From Candidatus Magasanikbacteria bacterium RIFCSPLOWO2_12_FULL_43_12 (GTDB lineage Bacteria > Patescibacteriota > Patescibacteriia > Magasanikbacterales > UBA922): a stretch of DNA of 60,829 bases. Below, piece by piece: positions 9,511 to 18,452 of this stretch (its first letter is position 1; every line of letters starts with the position of its first letter). The notes beneath the pieces were generated by a model. It made no database searches, was not told the origin of the DNA, and saw nothing but the letters and a program-made list of their open reading frames with translations. The position numbers were made by a program, and so were the translations under genes. The stretch spans positions 1 to 60,829 of the forward strand of contig MFQN01000011.1 in NCBI GenBank assembly GCA_001783065.1, written 5' to 3'.

Positions 9511-10590
9511 CTCCACTCTGTTCGCATTATGTTCATCTAGAATTTTCGCGTATTTAACTTCACCCTCCGGGGTGGTCAAAAAGTACCAATAATCATTCTT
9601 TTCCGGATATAACGCGGCTTTGATTGATTCCAAAGACGGATTGCTGATCGGACTTGGCGGCAGGCCCGGATATTTGTAAGTATTCCACGGCGAGTTGCTG
9701 TCGCGATCTTCTTTGGTGGTGAAAACATCTCCGCTTTTATTTACCGCGTAATGCACAGTTGAATCCGCCTGCAATGCCCAGTTTTTATTATACCTCCTCC
9801 ACAAAATATCCGCGGCCAAACGCTTATCTTTTTCCGACTTTACTTCACGCTCCAAAATACTGGCCATAATTAAAATATCATAAAAACTCTTTCCTTGTTT
9901 CCCCATTTCCTGCCGCATCTCATCGGTAATTTCTTGCTCGCGCTGTTGAATTAATTTTAAGACAATATCTTCAAGCTTCGCGTTTTTATAAATCCGATAA
10001 GTTTCCGGCGCCAAATATCCTTCGTAACTCACATACCACGGCTTATCTTCCAAAATTTCCAGATCTGTCCTGAGCGACCCGTCCCGAGATGGACCGAGGG
10101 AAGCCGAAGGATCTGAACTCAACTTTGGCGCGCCTTCTTTCCAATTTTTATAACTCACCGCCGGCAAACCGACCAGCTCGGTCAATTCTTCGGCCTGAAA
10201 CATGCCGTTAAATTCAAAATACTGCGCGATATCGCGGATAGTCCACCCGGGAATAATCGTAATTTCTCTTTCATTCAACCCTGGTCGGGACAAAACATCG
10301 GCCACTCGCGCCAAAGTGATCGGCGCGGCTAATTCAAACTCGCCAAAGTTTATTTTTTTATCAAGTCCTTGCCAAACCAAATATTTTTTAAACAGCCACG
10401 CGCTTCTAATAACTTGTTCAATTTCTAATCGTTCGGCCAGCTCTGTCACGTTCTCGCCGGCTTTAACTTCAAATACAACTTTGCCTGCCCCCACCTGCGC
10501 CTCGGTGGTGTAAATTTCGGAATACAAAAACCAGGCTATGAAGAGTAAACATAGTAGAGTGACAATTAAGAAGATTTTTTTTATGGACAC
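9502..10590 (-). CDS. mltG: Endolytic murein transglycosylase MltG (YceG-like); carries an in-frame 42-nt repeat insertion
   Basis: 362 aa. N-terminal transmembrane helix; motifs IIPGWTIRDIAQ, EDIVLKLIQQ, WNTYKYPGLPPSPISNPSL and YWYFLTT. The repeat at 10067..10110 encodes DPSASLGPSRDGSLRTD. Confidence 0.8.
   Translation of the reverse strand: MSIKKIFLIVTLLCLLFIAWFLYSEIYTTEAQVGAGKVVFEVKAGENVTELAERLEIEQVIRSAWLFKKYLVWQGLDKKINFGEFELAAPITLARVADVLSRPGLNEREITIIPGWTIRDIAQYFEFNGMFQAEELTELVGLPAVSYKNWKEGAPKLSSDPSASLGPSRDGSLRTDLEILEDKPWYVSYEGYLAPETYRIYKNAKLEDIVLKLIQQREQEITDEMRQEMGKQGKSFYDILIMASILEREVKSEKDKRLAADILWRRYNKNWALQADSTVHYAVNKSGDVFTTKEDRDSNSPWNTYKYPGLPPSPISNPSLESIKAALYPEKNDYWYFLTTPEGEVKYAKILDEHNANRVEVY
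10067..10110. repeat. Family-C 42-nt GC-rich element, copy in mltG
   Basis: gtcctgagcgacccgtcccgagatggaccgagggaagccgaagg. 40 of 42 nt identical to the reverse complement of 27016..27058. Confidence 0.7.
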
Positions 10591-10674
10591 AATACGATAA
10601 ATAAGAAATAAGAGATAAGAGATAAAAAGACGCTTTTTCAGTGCCTATATCCTATCTCCTTTATCTCCAATCAC

Positions 10675-11526
10675 TCACTTCACCTTCACCACCACCGCCG
10701 TCGTGTCATCCACCACGCCTTTGGCTTTCACCGCCTCAATAATATCATTAGCAAGCGACTGCGCGTCTTTTGATTGGCTCAAAATCTGTTTTAATTCCTC
10801 GTCAGACAAGACATGATAAACTCCGTCGGAAACCAAAAGCCAAGTGTCACCGCGGCCAACTTCATACTCATCCAACACCTGTTCAGCGTCATCAGCTCCC
10901 AAACAATTCGTCAAAATACTTTCATCTTTCTTGGTTATCTTGGTAACACCGCGTGATTTTAATTCCTCCGCCTTTGTCTCGTCCTCTGTCATGCGCGCCA
11001 ACTGGCCGCCGCTATACAAATACAATCGGCTGTCACCGAGATACACGGATATTACCTTATCTCCGATAATCACTATACCGACAAAAGTCGTGAACATGTC
11101 GGAGTTATAAGCCAAATTATAACTATCCAAATGAGCCCCTTTTTCTCGCATATCATCCTCAATATCTCTGCTTTTTCTATCGGCCTCCGATAACAAAAAA
11201 ATATTAACCAGCCGGATTGTGTTTTCCACAACCTCTTTGTCGATTTCTTCTTTCTCTACCCTCTTCTGCAACTCCCGAACAAACCACTCTACTGCTGAAC
11301 GCGAAGCCTCGGCCGCGCTGGCGGTACTGCTCACACCGTCTGCCACCATAGCGACCAAATACGTCTGTCCCTCAAAAGGAGGCGATACTTTGCAATAGTC
11401 CTGTTGCGGATGACGCGGCGACTCAATCTGTGCCGAACCGGAATCAAACTGCCGCAAAGCTTCATGTTCTTCCGACGCTCTAATCCTGTCTGGAGGCGGA
11501 GTAGTCCTGCCTTCTGAATCCATCAT
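10675..11526 (-). CDS. PP2C-family Ser/Thr protein phosphatase
   Basis: 283 aa. VAMVADGVSS, GDSRLYLY and LVSDGVYHVLSDEEL are typical PPM motifs. Confidence 0.8.
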   Translation of the reverse strand: MMDSEGRTTPPPDRIRASEEHEALRQFDSGSAQIESPRHPQQDYCKVSPPFEGQTYLVAMVADGVSSTASAAEASRSAVEWFVRELQKRVEKEEIDKEVVENTIRLVNIFLLSEADRKSRDIEDDMREKGAHLDSYNLAYNSDMFTTFVGIVIIGDKVISVYLGDSRLYLYSGGQLARMTEDETKAEELKSRGVTKITKKDESILTNCLGADDAEQVLDEYEVGRGDTWLLVSDGVYHVLSDEELKQILSQSKDAQSLANDIIEAVKAKGVVDDTTAVVVKVK

Positions 11527-11583
11527 ACTATTAAATAAAAATTTAAAATCATTTATTTTAATTTTTGACTTTTACATTTTAAA

Positions 11584-12276
11584 TTATAAAAACACTCGCC
11601 AATTCTCCTTCGCCCATCCTAACCTTTCCGGCACGCCGATATCAATCCACGGCCGGTCAGATTCATAAACATACAAATCTTTCGTATTGGGAAATACGTC
11701 GTATTCTATGCTGAATTCTTCACGCTCCGGAAAATATTTTTTGATCCGCGGATTAAAAATATAAATCCCGCCATTTTGATAGCCTGGTTGATGAATGCCT
11801 TCTTTTTCTTTAAACTCTTGTAGATGATAATTTTTATCATAAACCAAAGTGCCATAGCTCGCGACATCATCCACAAATGAACCTAAAATTATTCCCTCGC
11901 TCTCTGGTTTTAAATACGAAACCATGTTTGATAAATTAACCGTAGTCAAAACATCGCCGTTCAAAATAATCGTAGGCTCGTCAGGATGTAAAACATATTC
12001 CAAACCATGTTTAATCGCTCCGCCGGTGTCTAATCTTTTGTCTTCAATCGCGTAAATAAATTCCAAACCCAATCGAGAAAAACCAACCGTGTCTTTTAAA
12101 ACTCCGGCTAAGTGGCCGGCTGCTAAAACTACTTCTTTAATACCAATAGATTTTAATTTTCCCAATTGCCAATCCAAAACAGTTTTGCCGCCTATCTCAA
12201 GCAAAATCTTGGGCACGCTTTTGGTAATATCCCCTAGACGAGTAGACAGCCCTCCGCACAAAATTATCGCGTTCAT
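11584..12276 (-). CDS. Sugar-1-phosphate nucleotidyltransferase (NTP_transferase family)
   Basis: 230 aa. N-terminal AIILCGGLSTRLGDITKSVPKILLEIGGKTVLDW glycine-rich NTP-binding motif. Confidence 0.8.
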   Translation of the reverse strand: MNAIILCGGLSTRLGDITKSVPKILLEIGGKTVLDWQLGKLKSIGIKEVVLAAGHLAGVLKDTVGFSRLGLEFIYAIEDKRLDTGGAIKHGLEYVLHPDEPTIILNGDVLTTVNLSNMVSYLKPESEGIILGSFVDDVASYGTLVYDKNYHLQEFKEKEGIHQPGYQNGGIYIFNPRIKKYFPEREEFSIEYDVFPNTKDLYVYESDRPWIDIGVPERLGWAKENWRVFL

Positions 12277-15200
12277 AATGCTTTTACCGCTTCATTAAGT
12301 TTAACGCTCACCAGCTGACTGACTCCGCTCTCGCCCATGGTCACGCCGTACAAAGCGTCGGCCGCGTGCATGGTGACGCGATTGTGAGTGATTAAAACAA
12401 ACTGCGATTTATAAGATAATTCATGCAAAATACGATTCAACCGCATGGTATTGGTTTCGTCTAACGCCGCCTCAACCTCATCCAGGACAACAAACGGCGA
12501 AGGATTTGTGTTTAAAATCGCGCAAACTAAAGCGATTGATGTCATGGTACGCTCTCCGCCGGATAAAGCCTGAACGCTTTTAATCTTTTTCCCTGGCGGG
12601 CAAGCGACGATATCTATTCCCATTAAAATCTGCTTCTTTTTCTTTGCGGGTTCCGCTGTCACACTTTTAAGACCAATCCGGTCAACTTGCTCCGCGCCAA
12701 TTTGCGCATCGGCAATGTCAATCTCACTCTCCGCCTCTATTTCCTCGCCATACAATTCAACTAATTCGGCCTTGCCGCCCTCAAACAGCATGGCAAAATA
12801 ACGCGCGAATTCTTTCTGAATTTCTTTAAACGCTTTTCCGCGCTTTTTCTTCATCAGCTCGTCAAGCTCAACCACCATTTGTTCCAAATCCGCGAAAGCT
12901 TTCCCCAAATCATCCAATTGCGCGGTCAAATGTTCGTATTTTTCCTTTGTTTCTTTATACTCCACTGCCGCTTCCTCGTCAATACCGCCAATCAAACTTA
13001 ACTGGTATTTTAATTTTTGAATTTTTACTTGCGCCTCTTCCAAATCTTGCGGCAATAAAATCTGAATACCACGCTCGCGCAAAGAATCCGGCGTGGTTTG
13101 AATTTCCTGATAAATCTCGTTGGTCAAGTCCTCCAGCTTGGTATCTAATTTGGCGGCTTCTATTTTTTTCAAATTTCTGTTCTCAATGATCTTACTAACC
13201 GCCTCTTGTTCGGCCTGCATCGCGTCCTGTAAAGAAAAAATCCGCTGTTTCTTTTTTTCTTCTTCATTATTAAACGTCGCGATTTTCTTTTGGACTGACT
13301 CTAGTTTTTTGTCTAAACCAACGATTGACTGATCTGACTCTTCTTTTTGACTCGCGATTGTCTTCAAACTGGCGTTAAATTCTTCCGGACTCATGGCGCA
13401 AAGCGACAACTCTTGTTCCAACATCGCCAGCTCCCGATCGGTTTCTTGTTTGGCAGCGCCTAAAATATCCGCTCGGCTAACGGCAATCTGCGCGCGAGAT
13501 TGGCAAGTGGTAAGCTCGACCTGCGCTTGATTCAAATCTGTTTCATTTTGCGTTAAACGATTTTGCAACCCAGTCATTTTTTCTTCGCTGTCTAAAATAT
13601 TATTCTGCAAAAGATATGGCGAACTGCCCTGCGAAAATCCTAAACCGCGGTGCTTCTCCGCCTGACGATAACCGCCTTTCATACTACCGCTGGTTTCCAA
13701 AACATCGCCCGCCAAAGTAACCATGCGAATCCGACCAATGCCGATTTCTCGCGCGACCTCTAAATCCCGCACAATTAAAGTATTGCCTAACGCGTAAGAA
13801 AAAATATCAGCGAACCGACTGTCGAAAGACACCAATTCCGATGCCAAACCAAACACGCCATCGCGATTTTTCAAATCCTGAATATCGTTTGCCTTTAAAC
13901 GCGGTTTAATTTTATTCAGTGGCAAAAATGTCGCCACGCCTAACTGGTGCTGACGCAAATATTCAATACCGGCTTGCGCGGTTCTGTCGCTGTCAACGAC
14001 GACCGAGGATAAATGAGAAGCGGCCGCCACATCCAAAGCCAAACGATATTTTTCATCCACCTCGCCCAATTGCGCCACCGTGCCATAAATCGCGCCAAGC
14101 CGATGCCGCTCTTCCAACACCGCTTGCACGGCTTTTAGTCCGGCATATTGCCAATATGATTGTTCGCCTTTTAATTGTGTTAAACTTTGCTCGTAATTCG
14201 CCAGCTGGCCTTTTGCTTCGGTTTTTTCTACCAGCAATTTATCCATCAGCTGTTTTTTGGTTAAAATTTCCGCGCCGGTTTTTTCAACCGCTGATTCCGC
14301 TTCTTTTAGTTCCCGCGCTGATCTCTCCGCCGCTGTTTTCAAATTTTCAATTTTATTTTCCAGCCAGCCGATATTTTGTTTGCCGGCTTTGGAATATTCG
14401 GTCTGCAGTTTTCCCTGCAATATCGCGCGCTCCCGTTCCAATTGATTTTTTTGCCGTGATAAATCTTGATACTCATTTTGCAGAACAACAAATTGTTCCT
14501 GACGCGAGCCTTCTTTGGCTAAAGCCGCTAATTCATTTTGCAATGTTTGCAAATGACTATGCGCTTCGTTATATTCTTGCTCAATTTTGATCAACTCGGT
14601 ATTTAATACTGATAATTGTTCGTGGTTGTGCGAAAAAAGCGTAAAATAATATTGTTCCTGCGTTTCACGCAATTCCAATTCCACTTCTTGCCGGCGCTCC
14701 AATCTTTTCACTTGGCGCGACAAAGTCCGCAAACGCGGTTCAATTTCAGTCAACAACATTTCCGCTTGCGTGATATTTTCTTTGGTGCGCGATAATTTTA
14801 AAATCGCTTGGTGGCGTTTGATTTGAAATTCTTTAATCCCGGCGGCTTCGTCAAAAAACGCCTTTCGTTCTTGCGGCGTGTGCAAAAGCAAATGATCAAT
14901 CATTCCCTGCCCGATAACGCTGTAAGCGCCCTGACCGAACTGGGCTTGGGCCAAAAGAATTTGCAAATCCAATAATCTTACCGTATTGCCATTAACCAAA
15001 TATTCGCTCTCGCCGGAACGATAATAACGGCGGGTTACTACCAATTCATCATAATCAATCGGCGCGCGATGATCGCTGTTGTCCAAAATCATTGTCACGC
15101 TCGCTATGCCCATCTGGCCTTTGGCGTCTGAACCGCCAAAAATAACATCCTCGCCCTTTTTTCCGCGCAAAGTTTTCATACTCTGCTCGCCCATCACCCA

Positions 15201-15353
15201 ACGGATCGCGTCCGCGATATTGCTTTTGCCGCTCCCATTCGGCCCCACCACCGCGGTGATACTGTTTTTTCCGTCCTTAGGCGCCACAAAATCCAAAACC
15301 GCCTTCTGGGCAAAGGACTTAAAACCGTGAAGTTCGATGGATTTGAGAAACAT
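12273..15353 (-). CDS. smc: Chromosome partition protein Smc
   Basis: 1026 aa. N-terminal Walker A VGPNGSGKSNIADAIRWVMGEQS, long coiled coils, hinge, C-terminal LSGGERTMTSIALVCAIL and Walker B VVLDEVEAALD. Confidence 0.9.
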   Translation of the reverse strand: MFLKSIELHGFKSFAQKAVLDFVAPKDGKNSITAVVGPNGSGKSNIADAIRWVMGEQSMKTLRGKKGEDVIFGGSDAKGQMGIASVTMILDNSDHRAPIDYDELVVTRRYYRSGESEYLVNGNTVRLLDLQILLAQAQFGQGAYSVIGQGMIDHLLLHTPQERKAFFDEAAGIKEFQIKRHQAILKLSRTKENITQAEMLLTEIEPRLRTLSRQVKRLERRQEVELELRETQEQYYFTLFSHNHEQLSVLNTELIKIEQEYNEAHSHLQTLQNELAALAKEGSRQEQFVVLQNEYQDLSRQKNQLERERAILQGKLQTEYSKAGKQNIGWLENKIENLKTAAERSARELKEAESAVEKTGAEILTKKQLMDKLLVEKTEAKGQLANYEQSLTQLKGEQSYWQYAGLKAVQAVLEERHRLGAIYGTVAQLGEVDEKYRLALDVAAASHLSSVVVDSDRTAQAGIEYLRQHQLGVATFLPLNKIKPRLKANDIQDLKNRDGVFGLASELVSFDSRFADIFSYALGNTLIVRDLEVAREIGIGRIRMVTLAGDVLETSGSMKGGYRQAEKHRGLGFSQGSSPYLLQNNILDSEEKMTGLQNRLTQNETDLNQAQVELTTCQSRAQIAVSRADILGAAKQETDRELAMLEQELSLCAMSPEEFNASLKTIASQKEESDQSIVGLDKKLESVQKKIATFNNEEEKKKQRIFSLQDAMQAEQEAVSKIIENRNLKKIEAAKLDTKLEDLTNEIYQEIQTTPDSLRERGIQILLPQDLEEAQVKIQKLKYQLSLIGGIDEEAAVEYKETKEKYEHLTAQLDDLGKAFADLEQMVVELDELMKKKRGKAFKEIQKEFARYFAMLFEGGKAELVELYGEEIEAESEIDIADAQIGAEQVDRIGLKSVTAEPAKKKKQILMGIDIVACPPGKKIKSVQALSGGERTMTSIALVCAILNTNPSPFVVLDEVEAALDETNTMRLNRILHELSYKSQFVLITHNRVTMHAADALYGVTMGESGVSQLVSVKLNEAVKAL

Positions 15354-15402
15354 AGATTAACCACTCCATTTTATCACCCTATTGACATATTATCCACAGG
15401 TA

Positions 15403-15431
15403 TTGACTTTTTTTTGAAATGTGTTATATTA
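15403..15431 (+). promoter_or_regulatory. Sigma70-like promoter (TTGACT, 16-18 nt spacer, TATATT/TATTAT) driving a short unit
   Basis: Seen directly. It is followed by a 10-bp perfect inverted repeat at 15440..15464 and a terminator at 15481..15515. Confidence 0.4.
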
Positions 15432-15437
15432 TATCTG

Positions 15438-15512
15438 TCTATTGGTCTGCCATAGACCAATAGGGTTTTACATCCAAGAACCACCTTCCTCGCGGAGGGT
15501 GGTTTGCATTTT
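15438..15512 (+). ncRNA. Candidate small RNA of about 75 nt with two hairpins (promoter-to-terminator unit)
   Basis: Hairpin 1: ctattggtct-gccat-agaccaatag. Hairpin 2: accaccttcctc-gcg-gagggtggt, followed by ttgcatttt. No ORF. Confidence 0.3.
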
Positions 15513-15698
15513 AGAATTCCTTACGGTGTTGCAATTGCCTTCCCCAAACATCTTCTTTTATCGTCAACACATCAAAAAATCTGCCTTTGGCTTTCTGCGC
15601 CTGCCACAAATTTGAGGCGTCAATAAAAACATATACAACACTCCGTTTTTCTTCTTTAAAAAGATTCATAAGATGAAAACCGCGAAAAACAAATACTA

Positions 15699-15731
15699 AA
15701 TAAACATAAAAAGTTGTATCCATTATACAAC
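15699..15731. terminator. Bidirectional terminator-like hairpin
   Basis: gttgtat-ccatta-tacaac flanked by an A-tract and a T-tract. On the minus strand it lies just downstream of the 15764..16231 gene. Confidence 0.45.
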
Positions 15732-15763
15732 TTTTTTTATAGAAGTAAAATCCCCTGCCCATC

Positions 15764-16231
15764 TCAATCTCCTCCATTATAATAATGAAGGAGATATTTG
15801 ATGGGGATGAACGTCGCGGCTCCTTGTGTTACTGTCAGTACCAGCGCCCACCCTGTCGACACTCCGTTTTCCTTACTGCCAAGAAAGGCGAAGGCGAAGA
15901 CACAGATTGTGAGAGAAAGAATGAGTGGCGTGGTGAAAGGTTCTACTGCGGCAATAAAAGCGACTATAGCGACGCAGTAAGCGGAGAAAAGGCAGACGGC
16001 GAAAGCCTTGTCGAAAAACCGGTAGACAATGACTTCTACGCAGGTTTGGATGACAATGAAGGGGCCGAGAGTCAGCTTCATCTCCATGTTGAGTACTTTG
16101 CGACAAAAGAAAAACGACACCAGAATGGTCAGTGTGGCTATGCCTTGAGCCAACCACAGTTTGTGCAAGTCCGCTTTGGACCTTTTATCCGTAGTTTCCA
16201 TGGCGACCTCCAAAGATGCGAAATGCATCAA
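15764..16231 (-). CDS. Hypothetical polytopic membrane protein
   Basis: 155-aa ORF with four or five hydrophobic helices and a minus-strand terminator immediately downstream. The true start may be an internal Met. The competing plus-strand ORF 15785..16285 has no membrane or domain features. Confidence 0.35.
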   Translation of the reverse strand: MMHFASLEVAMETTDKRSKADLHKLWLAQGIATLTILVSFFFCRKVLNMEMKLTLGPFIVIQTCVEVIVYRFFDKAFAVCLFSAYCVAIVAFIAAVEPFTTPLILSLTICVFAFAFLGSKENGVSTGWALVLTVTQGAATFIPIKYLLHYYNGGD

Positions 16232-16361
16232 ACCGCCCGACAGAAAATTATTAAAAATAACTTGCTATCGGGTAGTTTTATCTAAATTATGCTAAAATTA
16301 TAACTATAAACAACAACCAATTATACCACATTTTGATAGTTTTGTCAATACTTGACAGTTT

Positions 16362-16390
16362 CTTGCTGATATTATATACTCAACCGTCGG
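16362..16390 (+). promoter_or_regulatory. Promoter of nrnA (TTGACA-N17-TATACT), overlapped by the palindrome TTGTCAATACTTGACAG
   Basis: Seen directly. The palindrome at 16352..16368 is operator-like. Confidence 0.45.
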
Positions 16391-16436
16391 TCTTACAAAA
16401 AATCCTACGCCCTACGTCTTACACCCTACACCCACT
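16391..16436. repeat. (YCYTACR)n heptamer-like tandem repeats ending at the nrnA ATG
   Basis: tcttaca aaaaatcctacg ccctacg tcttaca ccctaca cccact ATG. Confidence 0.6.
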
Positions 16437-17423
16437 ATGCAAAGAATCGCCAAACAAATCCACAATGAAATCCTGAACGCGAAGAAGATTCTTCTTATAC
16501 CGCACCAAAAGCCGGACGGCGATGCTATGGGCTCGGTTTCGGCGTTTTCATATTTTTTACAAAACATCGCCAAGCCGCATGACGTCTTTTGTCTGACCTC
16601 GGCTGCCCCGCGACTCGCCAATCTCCCGCACCTGATCAAAGTTTCCACTAACCCAAACATTTGGAAAGCCGCTGAATATGATGCGGTGATAGTATTGGAC
16701 TCCGGTGATTTGAATTACGCGGGGATTGAGTCCTACACAAAAAATTTATCACCGCAAACTGTTATTATTAATATTGATCATCACATCAGCAATAAAAAAT
16801 TCGGCCGCCATAATTTAGTTATCCCGACCGCGTCTTCAACCGCCGAGGTTTTGCATTTTTTCTTTCGCCAGAATAATATTGAAATCACCAAAAACATGGC
16901 TCTCTCGCTTTTAACCGGTTTGATTACCGACACGGAAAATTTTTCCAATCCGGGCACTACCGAACATTCATTAAAAGTCGCGAGCGAGCTCATCCGCCAA
17001 GGCGCGAATTTCAATCTGATTAAAAGTTGGTTCCTGCGCGACAAACCGATTGAATCTCTGAAACTCTGGGGTGTGGCGTTGTCGCGTTTAACCAAAAAAG
17101 AAAGTTTGGATATTGTTTATACTTTTATTACTCAAGAAGATTTGAAAGAGCGCAATGCCGGCGAAACCGAAAGCGAAGGCATCGCCAATTTTTTGAATAA
17201 TACCAACGAAGGCCGCGCGTCATTGGTTTTGAAAGAAACCGAAGATGGAAAAATAAAAGGTAGTTTTCGCACCACCCGCGATGATTTTGATGTCTCTTTA
17301 ATCGCCTCATCTCTCGGCGGCGGCGGACACAAAAAAGCGGCAGGGTTTTTAATTGACGGCGGAATGGATGAGGCTCTGGAGAAAGTTTGGGAGACTATTG
17401 AAAAAAACAACGAAACAGTATAA
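16437..17423 (+). CDS. nrnA: DHH/DHHA1 phosphoesterase, NrnA-type oligoribonuclease/pAp phosphatase
   Basis: 328 aa. Motifs HQKPDGDAMGS, VLDSGD, NIDHHISN and C-terminal GGGHKKAAGF. Confidence 0.85.
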   Translation: MQRIAKQIHNEILNAKKILLIPHQKPDGDAMGSVSAFSYFLQNIAKPHDVFCLTSAAPRLANLPHLIKVSTNPNIWKAAEYDAVIVLDSGDLNYAGIESYTKNLSPQTVIINIDHHISNKKFGRHNLVIPTASSTAEVLHFFFRQNNIEITKNMALSLLTGLITDTENFSNPGTTEHSLKVASELIRQGANFNLIKSWFLRDKPIESLKLWGVALSRLTKKESLDIVYTFITQEDLKERNAGETESEGIANFLNNTNEGRASLVLKETEDGKIKGSFRTTRDDFDVSLIASSLGGGGHKKAAGFLIDGGMDEALEKVWETIEKNNETV

Positions 17424-17424
17424 A

Positions 17425-17500
17425 ATAATATTTAGTACTAGATATTAGTATACATTAGTATCATTAGTACTCTATTCGTATATTAGTATTTTAAATTCTA
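17425..17500. repeat. Family-D AT-rich array of about 10-bp units (YATTAGTAY) immediately upstream of the clpP ATG
   Basis: atttagtac tagatattagta tacattagta tcattagtac tctattcgta tattagtat. Confidence 0.6.
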
Positions 17501-17503
17501 ATT

Positions 17504-18106
17504 ATGCCTAACATCCGATCTCAGCATCTAATACCTACGGTAATCGAAAAAACCAGCTACGGCGAACGAGCCTATGATATTTTTTCTCGCTTGCTGAAGG
17601 ACCGTATTATCTTTTTGGGAAGTGAAATTGACGACGGTGTTGCCAACACGGTCATCGCCCAGATGCTGTTTTTAGAAAATCAAGATCCGACTAAAGACAT
17701 CAAATTATATATCAACTCTCCAGGCGGGTCAGTTACGTCCGGACTGGCGATTTACGACACAATGCAATATATCAAACCGGATGTTTCCACTATCTGCATC
17801 GGCATGGCCGCCAGTATGGCTTGCGTGCTGTTGACTGCAGGAGTAAAAGGCAAACGATTTTGTTTGCCGAACAGCGAAGTTATGATTCATCAGGTAATGG
17901 GCGGAACACAAGGACAAGCCAGCGACATCAAGATCCACGCCGAAAGAATTTTGAAATTAAAAGACCGACTTAATCACATCATCGTCACTCACACCGGTAA
18001 GGATATGGCGACCGTGGAAAAAGACGCTGACCGCGACTTCTTTCTCACCGCCGAAGAAGCGGTGAAATACGGCATAGTGGATAAGGTAGTAACTAATCAG
18101 AAATAG
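17504..18106 (+). CDS. clpP: ATP-dependent Clp protease proteolytic subunit
   Basis: 200 aa. [48 protein letters not shown] (catalytic Ser) and MIHQV (His). Confidence 0.95.
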   Translation: MPNIRSQHLIPTVIEKTSYGERAYDIFSRLLKDRIIFLGSEIDDGVANTVIAQMLFLENQDPTKDIKLYINSPGGSVTSGLAIYDTMQYIKPDVSTICIGMAASMACVLLTAGVKGKRFCLPNSEVMIHQVMGGTQGQASDIKIHAERILKLKDRLNHIIVTHTGKDMATVEKDADRDFFLTAEEAVKYGIVDKVVTNQK

Positions 18107-18302
18107 TAAAGACGCACTGTTGTGCGTCTCTCTACGCAGATGATGTGGATAATTATGCTTGACAAATCTAATTCTTTCTGATAAACTTTACTTAGGTATC
18201 AATTGGTGAGACCGCATACGCGGAACGTACCAAAAAAACAACCCCGAAAGGGGCTGTTTTCATTTCAAAAAATTTGATATAATATTTGCCGGCGGTGAGA
18301 AT

Positions 18303-18391
18303 GGAGAGTAAACTCGGCCGGTATACGAGCGCCAATTGATACCTGGATGGTACGGTTCAAACCGTATGTGGTTCGACTCCACTACTCTCCG
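18303..18391 (+). ncRNA. tRNA-like element (degenerate tRNA or structured ncRNA); not a confident tRNA
   Basis: Perfect 7-bp acceptor-like helix GGAGAGT/ACTCTCC. T-arm gtgg-TTCGACT-ccac directly abutting it. D-arm ctcg-gccggtata-cgag. A 16-nt hairpin tacgg-ttcaaa-ccgta. No acceptable anticodon arm. An upstream promoter-like TTGACA-N17-TAAACT lies at about 18159-18192, and a 12-nt perfect complement pairs 18209-18220 with 18333-18344. Confidence 0.25.
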
Positions 18392-18452
18392 CCGCTAAAA
18401 CAGTTCTTTATCATGAGGACTGTTTTTTAGTATCTCGGTAACCACGACAATT

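Noticed and set aside
9126-9520. CRISPR array suspected from closely spaced direct repeats (GGCTTACRA units and MITE copies)
   Set aside because: The repeat units are 9 nt and contiguous, with no spacers. The larger elements are dispersed around the window as palindromic MITE-like copies with terminal inverted repeats. There is no repeat-spacer periodicity of 28-37/30-40 nt and no cas genes.
15785-16285. 166-aa plus-strand ORF overlapping the minus-strand membrane-protein ORF
   Set aside because: It has no domain, hydrophobic pattern or downstream signal. The minus-strand ORF has four or five transmembrane helices and a terminator immediately downstream. The minus strand was preferred, at low confidence.
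18303-18391. Possible type II (long variable arm) tRNA gene
   Set aside because: Acceptor stem, D-arm, T-arm and variable hairpin can be drawn. No 5-bp anticodon stem with a 7-nt loop can be formed, and there are three nucleotides between the acceptor and D stems. Kept only as a low-confidence tRNA-like ncRNA.
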